From assembly GCA_965247095.1 (NCBI GenBank), contig OZ251997.1:3872001-3936000 (forward strand): a DNA stretch of 64,000 nucleotides, read 5' to 3'. The notes under the pieces are model-generated. The model was not told the DNA's origin. It ran no database searches and saw only the letters and a list, made by a program, of their open reading frames with translations. This document shows, piece after piece, positions 20,324 through 30,790 of the stretch; position 1 is the stretch's first letter, and each line of letters opens with the position of its first letter. The position numbers and the translations under genes are program-made. Source of the stretch: Candidatus Multivorans sp. Lineage in GTDB: Bacteria > Acidobacteriota > Thermoanaerobaculia > Multivoradales > Multivoraceae.

Positions 20324-21169
20324 TTGGGCCCCAGGTTGTCCGGGGTCGTTCCAGCGGTGCGCCGCCTGCTCCATCTCTCCGATATCCACTTCGGGCCGCC
20401 TCACTACGAGCCTGCGGCAGCCGGGGTGGAAGTGCTGGTCAGGGAGCGCCGGCCCGATCTGGTCGTCGTATCGGGAGACCTGACCCAGCGCGCCAGGGCA
20501 GGTCAATTCCGGCAGGCGCGCCGGTTTCTGGAGGGCCTGGGACTGCCCTTTCTGGCTGTGCCGGGCAACCACGACGTGCCCATGTACCGGTTCTGGGAGC
20601 GGCTCCTCGACCGCTACGGCGCGTACCGCCGGCACTTCAGCACCGACCTGGAGCCGTGCTTCCTGGACGATGAGATGGAGGTCGTCGGTTTCAATACCGC
20701 GTTCAACCTGACCATCGACAACGGCCGCTTCACGGGTAGGCAGTTGGCCGGCGTGCGCGAACGGTTCGGCGCAGGCAAGTCCGGCTCTGGGCACTCTCCG
20801 GTGCGGATCGCGGTCGCCCACCATCCGCTGGCGGCCCTGCCCGAACTCATGGGCTGGCGCACGGCGCGCCGCAACGACGAGGCGCTGGCCGCTTTCGCCG
20901 CGGCCGGTGTCGACCTGGTGCTGTCCGGCCACGTCCACGTCGCTGCCGTCGGACAGGCGCCGGATTGCCCGCGCCGGCTGTGGCTGGTGCACAGTGGGAC
21001 ATCCACCTCCAGGCGCGGCCGGGGAGCGGAGCAGGGCAGGAACAGTTGCAACTGGATCACCCTGGAGACGGGGCCGGAAGGCCGCACGGCCCGGGTCGAG
21101 CAACTGGTCTGGTCGGAGGATCGCGGCCGCTTCGAAGTCGAAACGGTCCACGACTGCGAGCTGGCGTGA
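20324..21169 (+). CDS. Calcineurin-like metallophosphoesterase
   Basis: HLSDIHFG, SGDLTQR, VPGNHD, HHP, LSGHVH motifs; start may be 20357. Confidence 0.9.
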   Translation: MGPRLSGVVPAVRRLLHLSDIHFGPPHYEPAAAGVEVLVRERRPDLVVVSGDLTQRARAGQFRQARRFLEGLGLPFLAVPGNHDVPMYRFWERLLDRYGAYRRHFSTDLEPCFLDDEMEVVGFNTAFNLTIDNGRFTGRQLAGVRERFGAGKSGSGHSPVRIAVAHHPLAALPELMGWRTARRNDEALAAFAAAGVDLVLSGHVHVAAVGQAPDCPRRLWLVHSGTSTSRRGRGAEQGRNSCNWITLETGPEGRTARVEQLVWSEDRGRFEVETVHDCELA

Positions 21170-21220
21170 CGACGATTGAGCAGCGTGACGACGATTGAGC
21201 GGCGTGACCATGATTGATCT
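21164..21220 (+). repeat. 19-bp tandem repeat x3 at a gene junction
   Basis: GCGTGACGACGATTGAGCA / GCGTGACGACGATTGAGCG / GCGTGACCATGATTGATCT. Confidence 0.9.
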
Positions 21221-22496
21221 GCGGGCGTTCGACCGGGTAACCGCCGAGGCGGAGACGCTGGACAACGGTCTGTCCGTCGTTCTGCTGCCCCGGGCGGACG
21301 CCGAATCGATCGTCACGGTGGTGTGCTATCGCGCCGGCAGCCGGGACGAGGGTTCAGGCGAGGCCGGTCTCGCCCACTTCCTGGAGCACATGATGTTCAA
21401 GGGGTCGGCGCTCTACCCGCCGGGAGCGATCGACCGCGTGACCCAGGGTCTGGGCGGTACCAACAACGCCTTCACGTCGCACGATGTCAGTGCGTACCAC
21501 TTCCAGTTCGAACGCCGCTCCTGGGGTGAGGCGCTGTTGATCGAGGCGGATCGAATGCGCGGGCTGAACCTGCTGCCGGAGGAGATCGAGAGCGAGCGCG
21601 AGGTCATCCTCGAGGAGATCCGGATGGTCGAGGACGATCCCTGGGACGTCCTGGAGCAGGCGGTGGCGCTGCGCGTTTTCGGCGGCCATCCCTACGGCCG
21701 CCCGGTGCTGGGCACCAGGCAGAGCCTTCGCGGACTGGACGCCGCGTCTCTCGGCTCGTTCCACCGCCGCCACTACCGTCCCGGCAGAGCGGTTCTCGTC
21801 GCGGCCGGAGGCCTGCCGTCGGACGCGATGGAGTGGATCGAAGCGGCGTTGGGGAACGGCCGCAGTGGAAACGCGGACGTCTCGCCCGCATCCGACGCTC
21901 GCGCGTATCTTGAGCCACCAATCTTCGATGCCGCGCCGACGCGCCGGGTCGAGCTGCGCCGCGGCGAGATGGCGCGTCTCCTGGTCGCGCATCCGGCGCC
22001 TGCCGCCGACGATCCGCTGTCCGTCCACGTTCGTCTCGCCCTGACCGTCCTCGCCAGTGGACGCGCGAGTCGCATCCAGCGCGAACTGGTCGAACAGGAC
22101 CCGCTGGCGCTCTGGGCGGCCGGCGCGGCCAGCGGTCACCGGCTGGGAGGCATGTCGACCCTGGCAGCGGAAGCGGCGGCGGGAGTTGAGCCGGCTCGGC
22201 TCGAGGCCGAGCTGTGCGCGCGGGTCGACGGCCTTGCCGCGAGCCCGCCGTCGGCGGAGGAACTCGCGCGGGCGAAGCGCGTGTTGTTCGCCGACTGGGT
22301 CTTCATGCACGAGCGGATCGCGGAGCTGGCGGTCTCGGCCGCCATCGAGCACGCCCTCTTCTTCCCCGGTTTCAGCCGCGACTCGTTCGAGGTGCTCGCC
22401 CGTGCCACCGCCGCCGACGTCTCCGATGCTTGTGCGGTCTGGCTGGCCCCGGCGACCCGGATCGTCGGCTGGTCGCTGCCGGACGGTTCGCGGTGA
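21204..22496 (+). CDS. M16-family zinc peptidase, catalytic subunit
   Basis: TLDNGL, GLAHFLEHMMFKGS (HxxEH), NAFTS, HPYGRPVLG. Confidence 0.92.
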   Translation: MTMIDLRAFDRVTAEAETLDNGLSVVLLPRADAESIVTVVCYRAGSRDEGSGEAGLAHFLEHMMFKGSALYPPGAIDRVTQGLGGTNNAFTSHDVSAYHFQFERRSWGEALLIEADRMRGLNLLPEEIESEREVILEEIRMVEDDPWDVLEQAVALRVFGGHPYGRPVLGTRQSLRGLDAASLGSFHRRHYRPGRAVLVAAGGLPSDAMEWIEAALGNGRSGNADVSPASDARAYLEPPIFDAAPTRRVELRRGEMARLLVAHPAPAADDPLSVHVRLALTVLASGRASRIQRELVEQDPLALWAAGAASGHRLGGMSTLAAEAAAGVEPARLEAELCARVDGLAASPPSAEELARAKRVLFADWVFMHERIAELAVSAAIEHALFFPGFSRDSFEVLARATAADVSDACAVWLAPATRIVGWSLPDGSR

Positions 22497-23788
22497 AGGT
22501 GGGAAGCTCCGGGCCTCTCGCCGCGGGCGAGCGCGAGCCTTCGCGCCTCGACCTGTGGTCCGGCCGGCTGCGCCTTGCCGCGCTGCGCGTGCCGGGCGCC
22601 GGCGTCGTGGCGGCACGGGCCTGGCTGCGCGGCGGCGCCCGCATCGAGCCGTTGCCCGGTCTGTCGCTGTTGTGCGGCCGCATGCTGGTCGAGGGCAGTG
22701 CTCGCCGGACCTGGCGCGAGATCGCGGAACAGGCCGAGGCGCGCGGCGTCTCGCTGGGCGGCTTCGCGACCGCTGAGGTCCACGGTCTCAGCATCGACGC
22801 GCTGGCTGACGATGCCGGGCTGGCGCTCATGTGGCTGGCCGAACTGGTGCTTGAACCCGGCTTCGATCGGGCACGCTTTGAACTGCTGCGCGACCAGACC
22901 CTGGGCGAACTCCAAAGCTTGGCGGATCGCCCCGAGGTGGTCACCGGCTGGGCTTTCCGCGATCAGCTCTACCACCCGCATCCGCTGGCGTCGCCGAGCC
23001 AGGGGACGCCTGCATCGCTCGATCGGCTGACGCCGGATGACTGCAGGCGATTCCATGGCAGCGCCCTGGCGCGCGGCGGTGTGGTCGCGGTGGCGGGGGA
23101 CATCGACGAGCAGGCGGTGCTGGCGGACCTGGAGCGCTTCTTCGAGGGCTTCGCCGGCGCTGCCGTCGAGCCGGCTGCGGCTGCGGCGGCGGGGTCGGAA
23201 CCGCCGCCGCCACGCGGCCGCTCCCGGCAGCGGATCGAGGTCGCCACCGGCTCACGCGAGCAGGCGCACGTGTATGCCGGCCATTTCACCGTCGACCGGC
23301 GGCATCCCGATCTGCCGGAGCTGCGCGCTCTCGGCATCCTGCTCGGGTCCGACGGTCTGGCCGGTCTGATTCCCAACCGCATTCGCGAACAGGAGGGTCT
23401 GGCGTACGCCACCCACGTCGATCTGCTGGCCGGCGCCGGCACCGATGCGGGTGCTCTCTCCGTCTACCTTGGCACCCACCCGGATCATGTCGAGCGCGGA
23501 CTCGAGTTGGTGCGCGACTCGCTCTTCCAGGTGCTGGAGCGGCCACCCGATGCGGCCGCTCTGGAGGTGTGCAAGACCGGCATGCTCGGCCGCGAACCCT
23601 TTCTCACCGAGACCGCCGGACTGTGGGCCGGCCTGCTCGTCGATGCGCTGCTCTTCGACCTGCCGAGCTACCGGCGTCCGTGGCGGCTCCAACGGATCGA
23701 ACGGCTCAGCCCGGACGGGGTCTTCGAAGCGGCGCGGCGGCACCTCGAGCCGGAGCGAATGCGGGTGACGGTGGGGCTGCCTGCCTGA
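22493..23788 (+). CDS. M16-family peptidase-like partner subunit lacking HxxEH
   Basis: HPLASPSQGT, IREQEGLAY; GTGA overlap with previous gene. Confidence 0.85.
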   Translation: MKVGSSGPLAAGEREPSRLDLWSGRLRLAALRVPGAGVVAARAWLRGGARIEPLPGLSLLCGRMLVEGSARRTWREIAEQAEARGVSLGGFATAEVHGLSIDALADDAGLALMWLAELVLEPGFDRARFELLRDQTLGELQSLADRPEVVTGWAFRDQLYHPHPLASPSQGTPASLDRLTPDDCRRFHGSALARGGVVAVAGDIDEQAVLADLERFFEGFAGAAVEPAAAAAAGSEPPPPRGRSRQRIEVATGSREQAHVYAGHFTVDRRHPDLPELRALGILLGSDGLAGLIPNRIREQEGLAYATHVDLLAGAGTDAGALSVYLGTHPDHVERGLELVRDSLFQVLERPPDAAALEVCKTGMLGREPFLTETAGLWAGLLVDALLFDLPSYRRPWRLQRIERLSPDGVFEAARRHLEPERMRVTVGLPA

Positions 23789-23910
23789 CTGCCGCGCGGT
23801 GACCGGAGGCCGCTATGGGCCTGAGCCCCTGTGATACCTTCGCCGCCGCTTCCGGGCGGTTTGACTTGGCGTTTCGGGAGGCCAGGAGCTTGCGCGGTAG
23901 AACGATCTGA

Positions 23911-23960
23911 CCTGGGAACGCGGGCATCCTGCCCGCATCCGGCGCGAAGCGCCGGCCTCC
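23911..23960. repeat. REP-like double hairpin
   Basis: CCTGGGAAC-GCGGGCA-TCC-TGCCCGC followed by CCGGCGC-GAA-GCGCCGG. Confidence 0.5.
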
Positions 23961-24020
23961 GGCAGTTCTGCCGCGCCAGGTCAACCCATTCCGGTCGCGG
24001 ATGTTCAGGCAGAGAACGAC

Positions 24021-25144
<1,124 letters not shown>

Positions 25145-25145
<1 letters not shown>

Positions 25146-25522
25146 TGATTCCCGACGATCGCCTGTACACGGAGCAGCACGAATGGCTCAAGCTGGAGGG
25201 CGGTGAGGCCGTACTCGGCATCACGGACTTCGCCCAGCAGGAACTCGGCGATGTCGTGTTCGTCGACATGCCCGCGCCGGGCCAGGCATTCGGGGCCGGT
25301 TTCGAGATCGGCGCCATCGAATCGGTCAAAGCGGTCGCGGAGATCTACACCCCGGTCGGAGGGACTGTGGAGGCGACGAACAGTCAGCTCGAGGACGCTC
25401 CCGAGCTGGTCAACGAGGATCCGTACGGCGAGGGTTGGCTGGTGCGGCTGCGGCTGGACGGCGAGGCGCCGGACGACCTGTTGACGGCAGCCGAGTACGA
25501 GGTTCTCCTGGCGGCCGCCTAG
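25145..25522 (+). CDS. gcvH: Glycine cleavage system H protein
   Basis: YTEQHEW, GITDFAQQELGDVVFV, ESVKA lipoyl lysine, NEDPYGEGW. Confidence 0.96.
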
Positions 25523-25597
25523 GAGTTGAGTCGCGGCGTCCGCGCCGCGCTGACGCACAGGAAACATGGCTTGTTTTATGCAAGGCTGCGCGGTAGA
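25519..25597 (+). repeat. Dispersed ~79-bp element, copy 1
   Basis: 71/79 identical by eye to 34592-34670; begins with CTAG containing the gcvH stop. Confidence 0.9.
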
Positions 25598-25716
25598 AAT
25601 GCAACGAAGTGCAGGACAACGCGCAGCCTCCTGGGGAGGTGGGGGCTGGGGCCAGACGCCGAGCCTGCGAGGCGTTTGGCGGCGCTGAAAGGGTTGCCGG
25701 GAGCGGAGGCGGTCCG

Positions 25717-26175
25717 ATGCGAGGTCTGGAAACCGTCATCCTGTCGTCGAGTCTGGCGGCGTGGTCGGTCGGCATCCTGGCTCAGATCGGCGTTCTCCGG
25801 TGGAACCTGACCTTCGAGCTCGCGCTCTATCCGCTCTACATTCTGGCCGCGTTCGTGGGCTGGTTCTTCGGCAACGTCTACGTCCACCGTCTGAAACGGG
25901 AGCGGGGTTCGGCGGGCCGCAGGCTGGACGAGATCGTGCTTCTGATCGCCCGTTCGCGGCTGCTGTTCGTGCTCTACCTGTTCGGTCCGCCCGGCTGGCT
26001 CTACCTGGTGCGATCCATGGCGAGGCGAGAGCAGCTCGAAGCGATGCCCCTGGTGCCGATCCTGACCTTCGGCGTCTACGCGGCCCTGTTCGCGGTGCCG
26101 GTGGTGCTGCGGGGCTCCGCCGCGCCGCGCCGCAAGTTCGAACTGGGTGGCGGCGACGACGACTCGCCGCCATAG
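25717..26175 (+). CDS. Hypothetical multi-pass membrane protein
   Basis: About four hydrophobic segments; GGAGG RBS upstream. Confidence 0.75.
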   Translation: MRGLETVILSSSLAAWSVGILAQIGVLRWNLTFELALYPLYILAAFVGWFFGNVYVHRLKRERGSAGRRLDEIVLLIARSRLLFVLYLFGPPGWLYLVRSMARREQLEAMPLVPILTFGVYAALFAVPVVLRGSAAPRRKFELGGGDDDSPP

Positions 26176-26185
26176 ACTCGCCTCC

Positions 26186-27013
26186 ATGGAGTGTGCGACA
26201 ACGATCCCGCCTGAGGCTTCCGGGGTCTCCACCCGGATTGAGGCGCTCGAGCACGACCTGGCGATCCGCGGCCCGGTGCTGGTGGCGTTCTCGGGCGGCG
26301 TGGATTCGGGACTGGTCGCGGCCCTGGCGCACCGTGCCCTGGGCGACCGGGCGCTGGCGGTGACGGCCGCGGCCGAAACGCTCGCCGGCGAGGAGCTGGA
26401 CAACGCCCGGAGACTCGCGGCCGAGATCGGAATCCGCCACGAGGTGACGGTCTACAGCGAGCTCGACGACCCGGAATTCCGCGCCAACCCGCGGCACCGC
26501 TGCTACGTGTGCCAGGGGATGCGGATGGACCGCATGCTGGAGTTGGCGGCGAACGGTGGGTTCGCCACCGTCTGCGACGGCACCAACGCCTCCGATCCGG
26601 GGCCCGACCGCCCGGGACTCCGGGCGGTGGGCGAGCGCGGCGTCCACAGTCCGCTGCTGGCGAACGGCGTCTCGAAGGCCGAAGCCCGTCGCCTCGCCCG
26701 TGCGCTCGGGCTCAGGGTCTGGGACCGGCCCGCCAACGCCTGCCTGTCGTCGCGGATACCGCATGGACAACTGGTGACCCTGCCCAAGCTTCGCCGCATC
26801 GAGGCCGGGGAAGCCGAACTGCGAAGCCGGGGCTTCCAGGTGCTTCGGGTGCGACACGACCGCGCCGCGGCGCGGGTCGAGGTGGGTGCGGCGGAGCTGC
26901 TCGAGGCGGAACGGCAGTGGGGCGAGATCGAGGCTCGGCTACTCGAGCTGGGCTTCGAGGGTGCGGCCCTCGACCCGCGGGGCTACCGGACCGGCGGCGC
27001 GGACGCCGCCTGA
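26186..27013 (+). CDS. larE: LarE-like ATP-dependent sulfur transferase (PP-loop)
   Basis: VAFSGGVDS, RCYVC, DGTNASD..RPG, ACLSSRIP. Confidence 0.88.
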   Translation: MECATTIPPEASGVSTRIEALEHDLAIRGPVLVAFSGGVDSGLVAALAHRALGDRALAVTAAAETLAGEELDNARRLAAEIGIRHEVTVYSELDDPEFRANPRHRCYVCQGMRMDRMLELAANGGFATVCDGTNASDPGPDRPGLRAVGERGVHSPLLANGVSKAEARRLARALGLRVWDRPANACLSSRIPHGQLVTLPKLRRIEAGEAELRSRGFQVLRVRHDRAAARVEVGAAELLEAERQWGEIEARLLELGFEGAALDPRGYRTGGADAA

Positions 27014-27030
27014 CGCTGCCGGGAGGCGGA

Positions 27031-27798
27031 ATGCGGCGCGAGGAACTTCTCGAACTGCTCCGCGGCGTGGCCTCCGGCAAGGTCTCGCCGGAGGACGCCC
27101 ACGAGCGGGTGGCCCGCCTGCCATACCTCGATCTGGGTGTCGCCAAGCTCGACCTGTTCCGGGAACTCCGGAGTGGGCTGCCCGAGGTCGTCTTCGGCCA
27201 GGGCAAGAGCGACGGCGAGCTGGTCCGGATCGTCGAGTCGATGGTGGAACATTCGGGCCGGGCGCTGGTCACGCGGATCGCGGCGCCGGCGGCCGAACGG
27301 TTGAGCGCGGCGGTCGCGGACGGTTGCTACGAGCCGCGGGCGCGGGTCTGGACCGTGGGCCGGTTCGGGCCGGCTTCGGGTCGCAGGATCGCGGTGGTCA
27401 GCGCTGGAACGTCGGACTTCCCGGTGGCCGAGGAGGCGGCGGTGTGCGCCGGCTGGTTGGGTCACGATGTCGAGCGCATCCGGGATGTCGGGGTCGCCGG
27501 CCTCCAGCGTCTGCTCGGCGCGGTCGACGAACTTCGCCGTGCCGATGTCGCCGTGGTCGTGGCCGGCATGGACGGCGCCCTGCCGACGGTGGTTGCCGGT
27601 CTGGTGCCCTGTCCTGTGGTCGCGGTGCCGACCAGCGTCGGCTACGGCGCCAGCTTCGAGGGGATCGCGCCGCTGCTCACCATGCTCACAGCGTGCGCGC
27701 CGGGGGTTGCGGTGGTCAACATCGACAACGGGTTCGGCGCGGCGGCCCTGGCTCACCGCATCCTCCGGCTGCGAGAGACCAGCATCGCGTCGCCGTAG
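27031..27798 (+). CDS. larB: LarB-like nickel-pincer cofactor carboxylase/hydrolase
   Basis: PEVVFGQGK, SAGTSD.PVAEEA, AGMDGALP, PTSVGYG, VVNIDNGFGAA. Confidence 0.92.
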   Translation: MRREELLELLRGVASGKVSPEDAHERVARLPYLDLGVAKLDLFRELRSGLPEVVFGQGKSDGELVRIVESMVEHSGRALVTRIAAPAAERLSAAVADGCYEPRARVWTVGRFGPASGRRIAVVSAGTSDFPVAEEAAVCAGWLGHDVERIRDVGVAGLQRLLGAVDELRRADVAVVVAGMDGALPTVVAGLVPCPVVAVPTSVGYGASFEGIAPLLTMLTACAPGVAVVNIDNGFGAAALAHRILRLRETSIASP

Positions 27799-28787
27799 GA
27801 GTAGAAGCGGAACCCGCTCGCCACTGCCTGCCGGTAGGGGTCGAGGGTGCGCTTCCGGCCGGCGAACGCGCAGACCAGCATCAGCGGGGTCGAGCGCGGC
27901 AGGTGGAAGTTGGTGATCAGGCGGTCCGTGACCTGGAACTCGTAGCCGGGGCGGATGAAGAGTTCCGTGCGGCCGCTGCGGGCCTCGATCAGGCCTCCGC
28001 CGGAGGCCACGGTCTCCAGGGTGCGGACAACCGTGGTGCCGACCGCGACCACCTTGCCGCCGCGGCCGCGCGTGTCGGCAATGGCCTCGGCGGTGGCGGC
28101 TGGGACGTCGAACCGTTCGGAGTCCATGATGTGGGTGTCCGGATCGTCGGTCTTGACCGGCCGGAAGGTGCCGGGGCCGACGTGGAGTGTGATCCCGGCC
28201 AGTCCGATCCCGCGGCGGCCGAGTGCCTCGAGGATGGCGGGCGTGAAGTGGAGGCCCGCTGTGGGGGCGGCGACGGCGCCCGGTTGTCTGGCATAGACGG
28301 TCTGGTAGCGCTCGCGATCCTCCGGTGACGCCGGCCGCTCGATGTAGGGCGGCAGGGGCGCCTCACCGATCGCCTTGAGCAGGGGCTGGATCGGTTCGTC
28401 GAAGCGGAGCCGGAAGCGGCCGCCCGCGCGTTCCTCGACCCGGCCCGCCGGTCCGCCGTCCAGCGAGATGCGGGCGCCCCGGTCCATCCGCCGTCCCGGA
28501 CGCAGCAGACACCACCATTCGGCTTGCGCCGCGCGCTCGACCAGCAGGATCTCGAGCCGGCCGCCGGTCGGCCGACGGGCCCGCAGCCGGGCGGGAATGA
28601 CCCGGGTGTCGTTGACCACGAGCAGGTCGCCTGGATCGAGCAGGTCCGGCAGCTCGGCGAACCGCCGCTCCACCGTGGCGTGGCCGACCACGAGCAGGCG
28701 ACTCTCACCGCGTGTTCCCGGGTGCTGGGCGATGGCGTCCGGGAGCAGGTGGTAGTCGAAGTCGGACGTCTTCAGGCCGTCGGTCAT
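27753..28787 (-). CDS. queA: S-adenosylmethionine:tRNA ribosyltransferase-isomerase
   Basis: SDFDY, NDTRVIPARL, PLPPYI, AAPTAGLHF, TNFHLPRST, FYSYGDAM. Confidence 0.97.
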   Translation of the reverse strand: MTDGLKTSDFDYHLLPDAIAQHPGTRGESRLLVVGHATVERRFAELPDLLDPGDLLVVNDTRVIPARLRARRPTGGRLEILLVERAAQAEWWCLLRPGRRMDRGARISLDGGPAGRVEERAGGRFRLRFDEPIQPLLKAIGEAPLPPYIERPASPEDRERYQTVYARQPGAVAAPTAGLHFTPAILEALGRRGIGLAGITLHVGPGTFRPVKTDDPDTHIMDSERFDVPAATAEAIADTRGRGGKVVAVGTTVVRTLETVASGGGLIEARSGRTELFIRPGYEFQVTDRLITNFHLPRSTPLMLVCAFAGRKRTLDPYRQAVASGFRFYSYGDAMLVSRSRRMR

Positions 28788-29827
28788 GCCTGACCCAGCC
28801 AGGTGCGGATGGCCCAGGGAGAGCGCGCGCGAACCCTGCGGCCGGCGCCGGCCCCGAACCCCGCGAGCCGGTCGCTCAGCCCGTCCGCCAGGAGGCTCGA
28901 TCCGATCACGGCCGCGGCGACCATCAGGCCGGGGAAGGCGGCGATCCACCAGGCCGTCGTCAGGTGGCTCTGTCCGTCGGCGATCATCGATCCCCAACTG
29001 GCCTGGGGCGGCTGCACGCCCAGTCCCAGGAAGGAAAGCGCCGCCTCGACCAGAATGCTGCCGCCCACCCGCAGGCTGGCGTCGATGAGAAGCGGCGTGG
29101 TCGCGTTCGGCAGGAGATGGCGAACCAGGACGCCGGCCGGCGAGCGCCCGGAGGCGGCCGCGGCGAGGGCGAAGGGTTCCTGCTTCAGTCGCAGGATCTC
29201 AGCGCGCACCAGACGCGCGAGTCCCATCCAGCCGGTGCCGCCGATCAGCACGACCAGGAGCCAGGTGCCGGGTTGGTAGAGCGCCGCCAGCAGCAGCACC
29301 AGGGCCAGGTGGGGGAAAGAGAGCAGTCCGTCCACTGTCCGCATCAGCACCTGGTCGACGAAGCGTCCACAGGTAGCGGCCAGGGCGCCGACGGCGGTGC
29401 CGGCGGTCAGCGCGAGCGCCGCGGCGAGCAGCCCGATGGTCAGGGAGACCCGCGCGCCGTGGAGCAGCCGCGACAGCAGGTCGCGGCCGAGCGCGTCGGT
29501 ACCGAGCCAGGCCCGCCGCTTCTCGGTGACGCCGTGCTCGCCGAAGTTCGTCACCGCACTGAGCGGAAGGCGTTGGGCGCCCGAACGCCGCTCCAGGATG
29601 AGGTCGTCGCCGTCGACGCGCACGTTCTCGGCCAGCCGCGGTTCGTCAGCGACCGTGCGCACCACGAGCAGGGACGACAGCGGCGGCCGGCGGCTCGATT
29701 CGGCGGCGTCGAGCTGCTGCGCCGGATCGTAGGGAGCGAGCAGGGGTGCGCCGGCGGCGAGCAGGGCCAGGCAGGCGAGGATCCAGGCGCCCGTTCTGGC
29801 GGATCTTGGCAGGGAAGAACGTCTCAT
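28784..29827 (-). CDS. Peptide/nickel ABC transporter permease (DppC/OppC-like)
   Basis: LGTDALGRDLLSRL, EAALSFLGLG, SWGSMI. Confidence 0.92.
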   Translation of the reverse strand: MRRSSLPRSARTGAWILACLALLAAGAPLLAPYDPAQQLDAAESSRRPPLSSLLVVRTVADEPRLAENVRVDGDDLILERRSGAQRLPLSAVTNFGEHGVTEKRRAWLGTDALGRDLLSRLLHGARVSLTIGLLAAALALTAGTAVGALAATCGRFVDQVLMRTVDGLLSFPHLALVLLLAALYQPGTWLLVVLIGGTGWMGLARLVRAEILRLKQEPFALAAAASGRSPAGVLVRHLLPNATTPLLIDASLRVGGSILVEAALSFLGLGVQPPQASWGSMIADGQSHLTTAWWIAAFPGLMVAAAVIGSSLLADGLSDRLAGFGAGAGRRVRARSPWAIRTWLGQA

Positions 29828-30789
29828 TCCGCCTTGATCCTCGGGTCGAGACGGGCCAGGAGCAGGTCCGCGGCGAGAGAGGCGGCGATGACCAGAGCCG
29901 CGCCGTAGGCGGTGGCGGCGAGCACTACGGGAACGTCGCGGGCCTGGATTGCCTGGAGAGTGGCCGAACCCAGGCCGGGCCAGGCGAACACCGCCTCGGC
30001 GACGATCGCGCCGGAGAGCAGGAGCGGCGCCGAGACCGAGGCCATCTGCAGCAGTCGGGGCGCGGCATGGGCGAGGCCGTGAACGAGCAGGATCCGGGTC
30101 TCGGGCAGGCCGCGTGCGCGCGCCGCGCGACCGGCTTCGGTCGACTGGAACTCGATCAGCGAGCTCCTGGTGTAACGGGCGATGTCGCCCGCCATCGACA
30201 GGCCGAGGACCAGGGCCGGAAGCCAGAGATGGGCCAGCACATCGAGAGCGGTCGCCACCGGTCCGAGCTCGAAAGCGGCGGCGGACGTCATGCCGCCGGT
30301 GGGCGCCAGCCCCAGGCCGACAGCGAACACCAGCACCGCCATCAGGCCGACCCAGAAGGTCGGCAACGCGTACACGAGCAGGCTTGCCGCCCGGACGCCG
30401 AGGTCGAGCCAGGAATTCGGCCGGCAGGCCGCGATCAGGCCGAGGCCGATACCGAGCAGGTACTGGGCGAGCAGGGCGGCGCCGGCGAGCAGCAGGGTGG
30501 GTGGGAGGGCTTCGAACAGGAGCTCCGAGACCGGTCGTCCCGTCTGGTAGGACTGTCCCCAGTCCCAGGACAGGGCGACCGCGCCCAGCCAGCGGACGTA
30601 CTGCGCTGGCAGGGGCTGGTCGAGTCCGTAGAGCGTCCGCAGCCGTTCCGCCTGCTCGGGCGATACACGTGGATCGGTGGGCGCCAGCGGATCGCCGGGC
30701 GCCAGCGTGACCGCGGCGAAGGTCAGGGTGAGGACGATCAGGAAGAGGAGGGCGGCGGCCGCCGTCCGGCGCAACAGGAAGCGGATCAC
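29824..30789 (-). CDS. Peptide/nickel ABC transporter permease (DppB/OppB-like)
   Basis: APGDP, YGLDQPL, ARARGL, EAVFAWPGLG, DPRI. Confidence 0.92.
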   Translation of the reverse strand: MIRFLLRRTAAAALLFLIVLTLTFAAVTLAPGDPLAPTDPRVSPEQAERLRTLYGLDQPLPAQYVRWLGAVALSWDWGQSYQTGRPVSELLFEALPPTLLLAGAALLAQYLLGIGLGLIAACRPNSWLDLGVRAASLLVYALPTFWVGLMAVLVFAVGLGLAPTGGMTSAAAFELGPVATALDVLAHLWLPALVLGLSMAGDIARYTRSSLIEFQSTEAGRAARARGLPETRILLVHGLAHAAPRLLQMASVSAPLLLSGAIVAEAVFAWPGLGSATLQAIQARDVPVVLAATAYGAALVIAASLAADLLLARLDPRIKAE

Positions 30790-30790
30790 A

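Noticed and set aside
23790-24020. Glycine riboswitch upstream of gcvT
   Set aside because: Only a TCAGG-like fragment is present; the GGAGA and CCGAAG core elements are not in the expected arrangement
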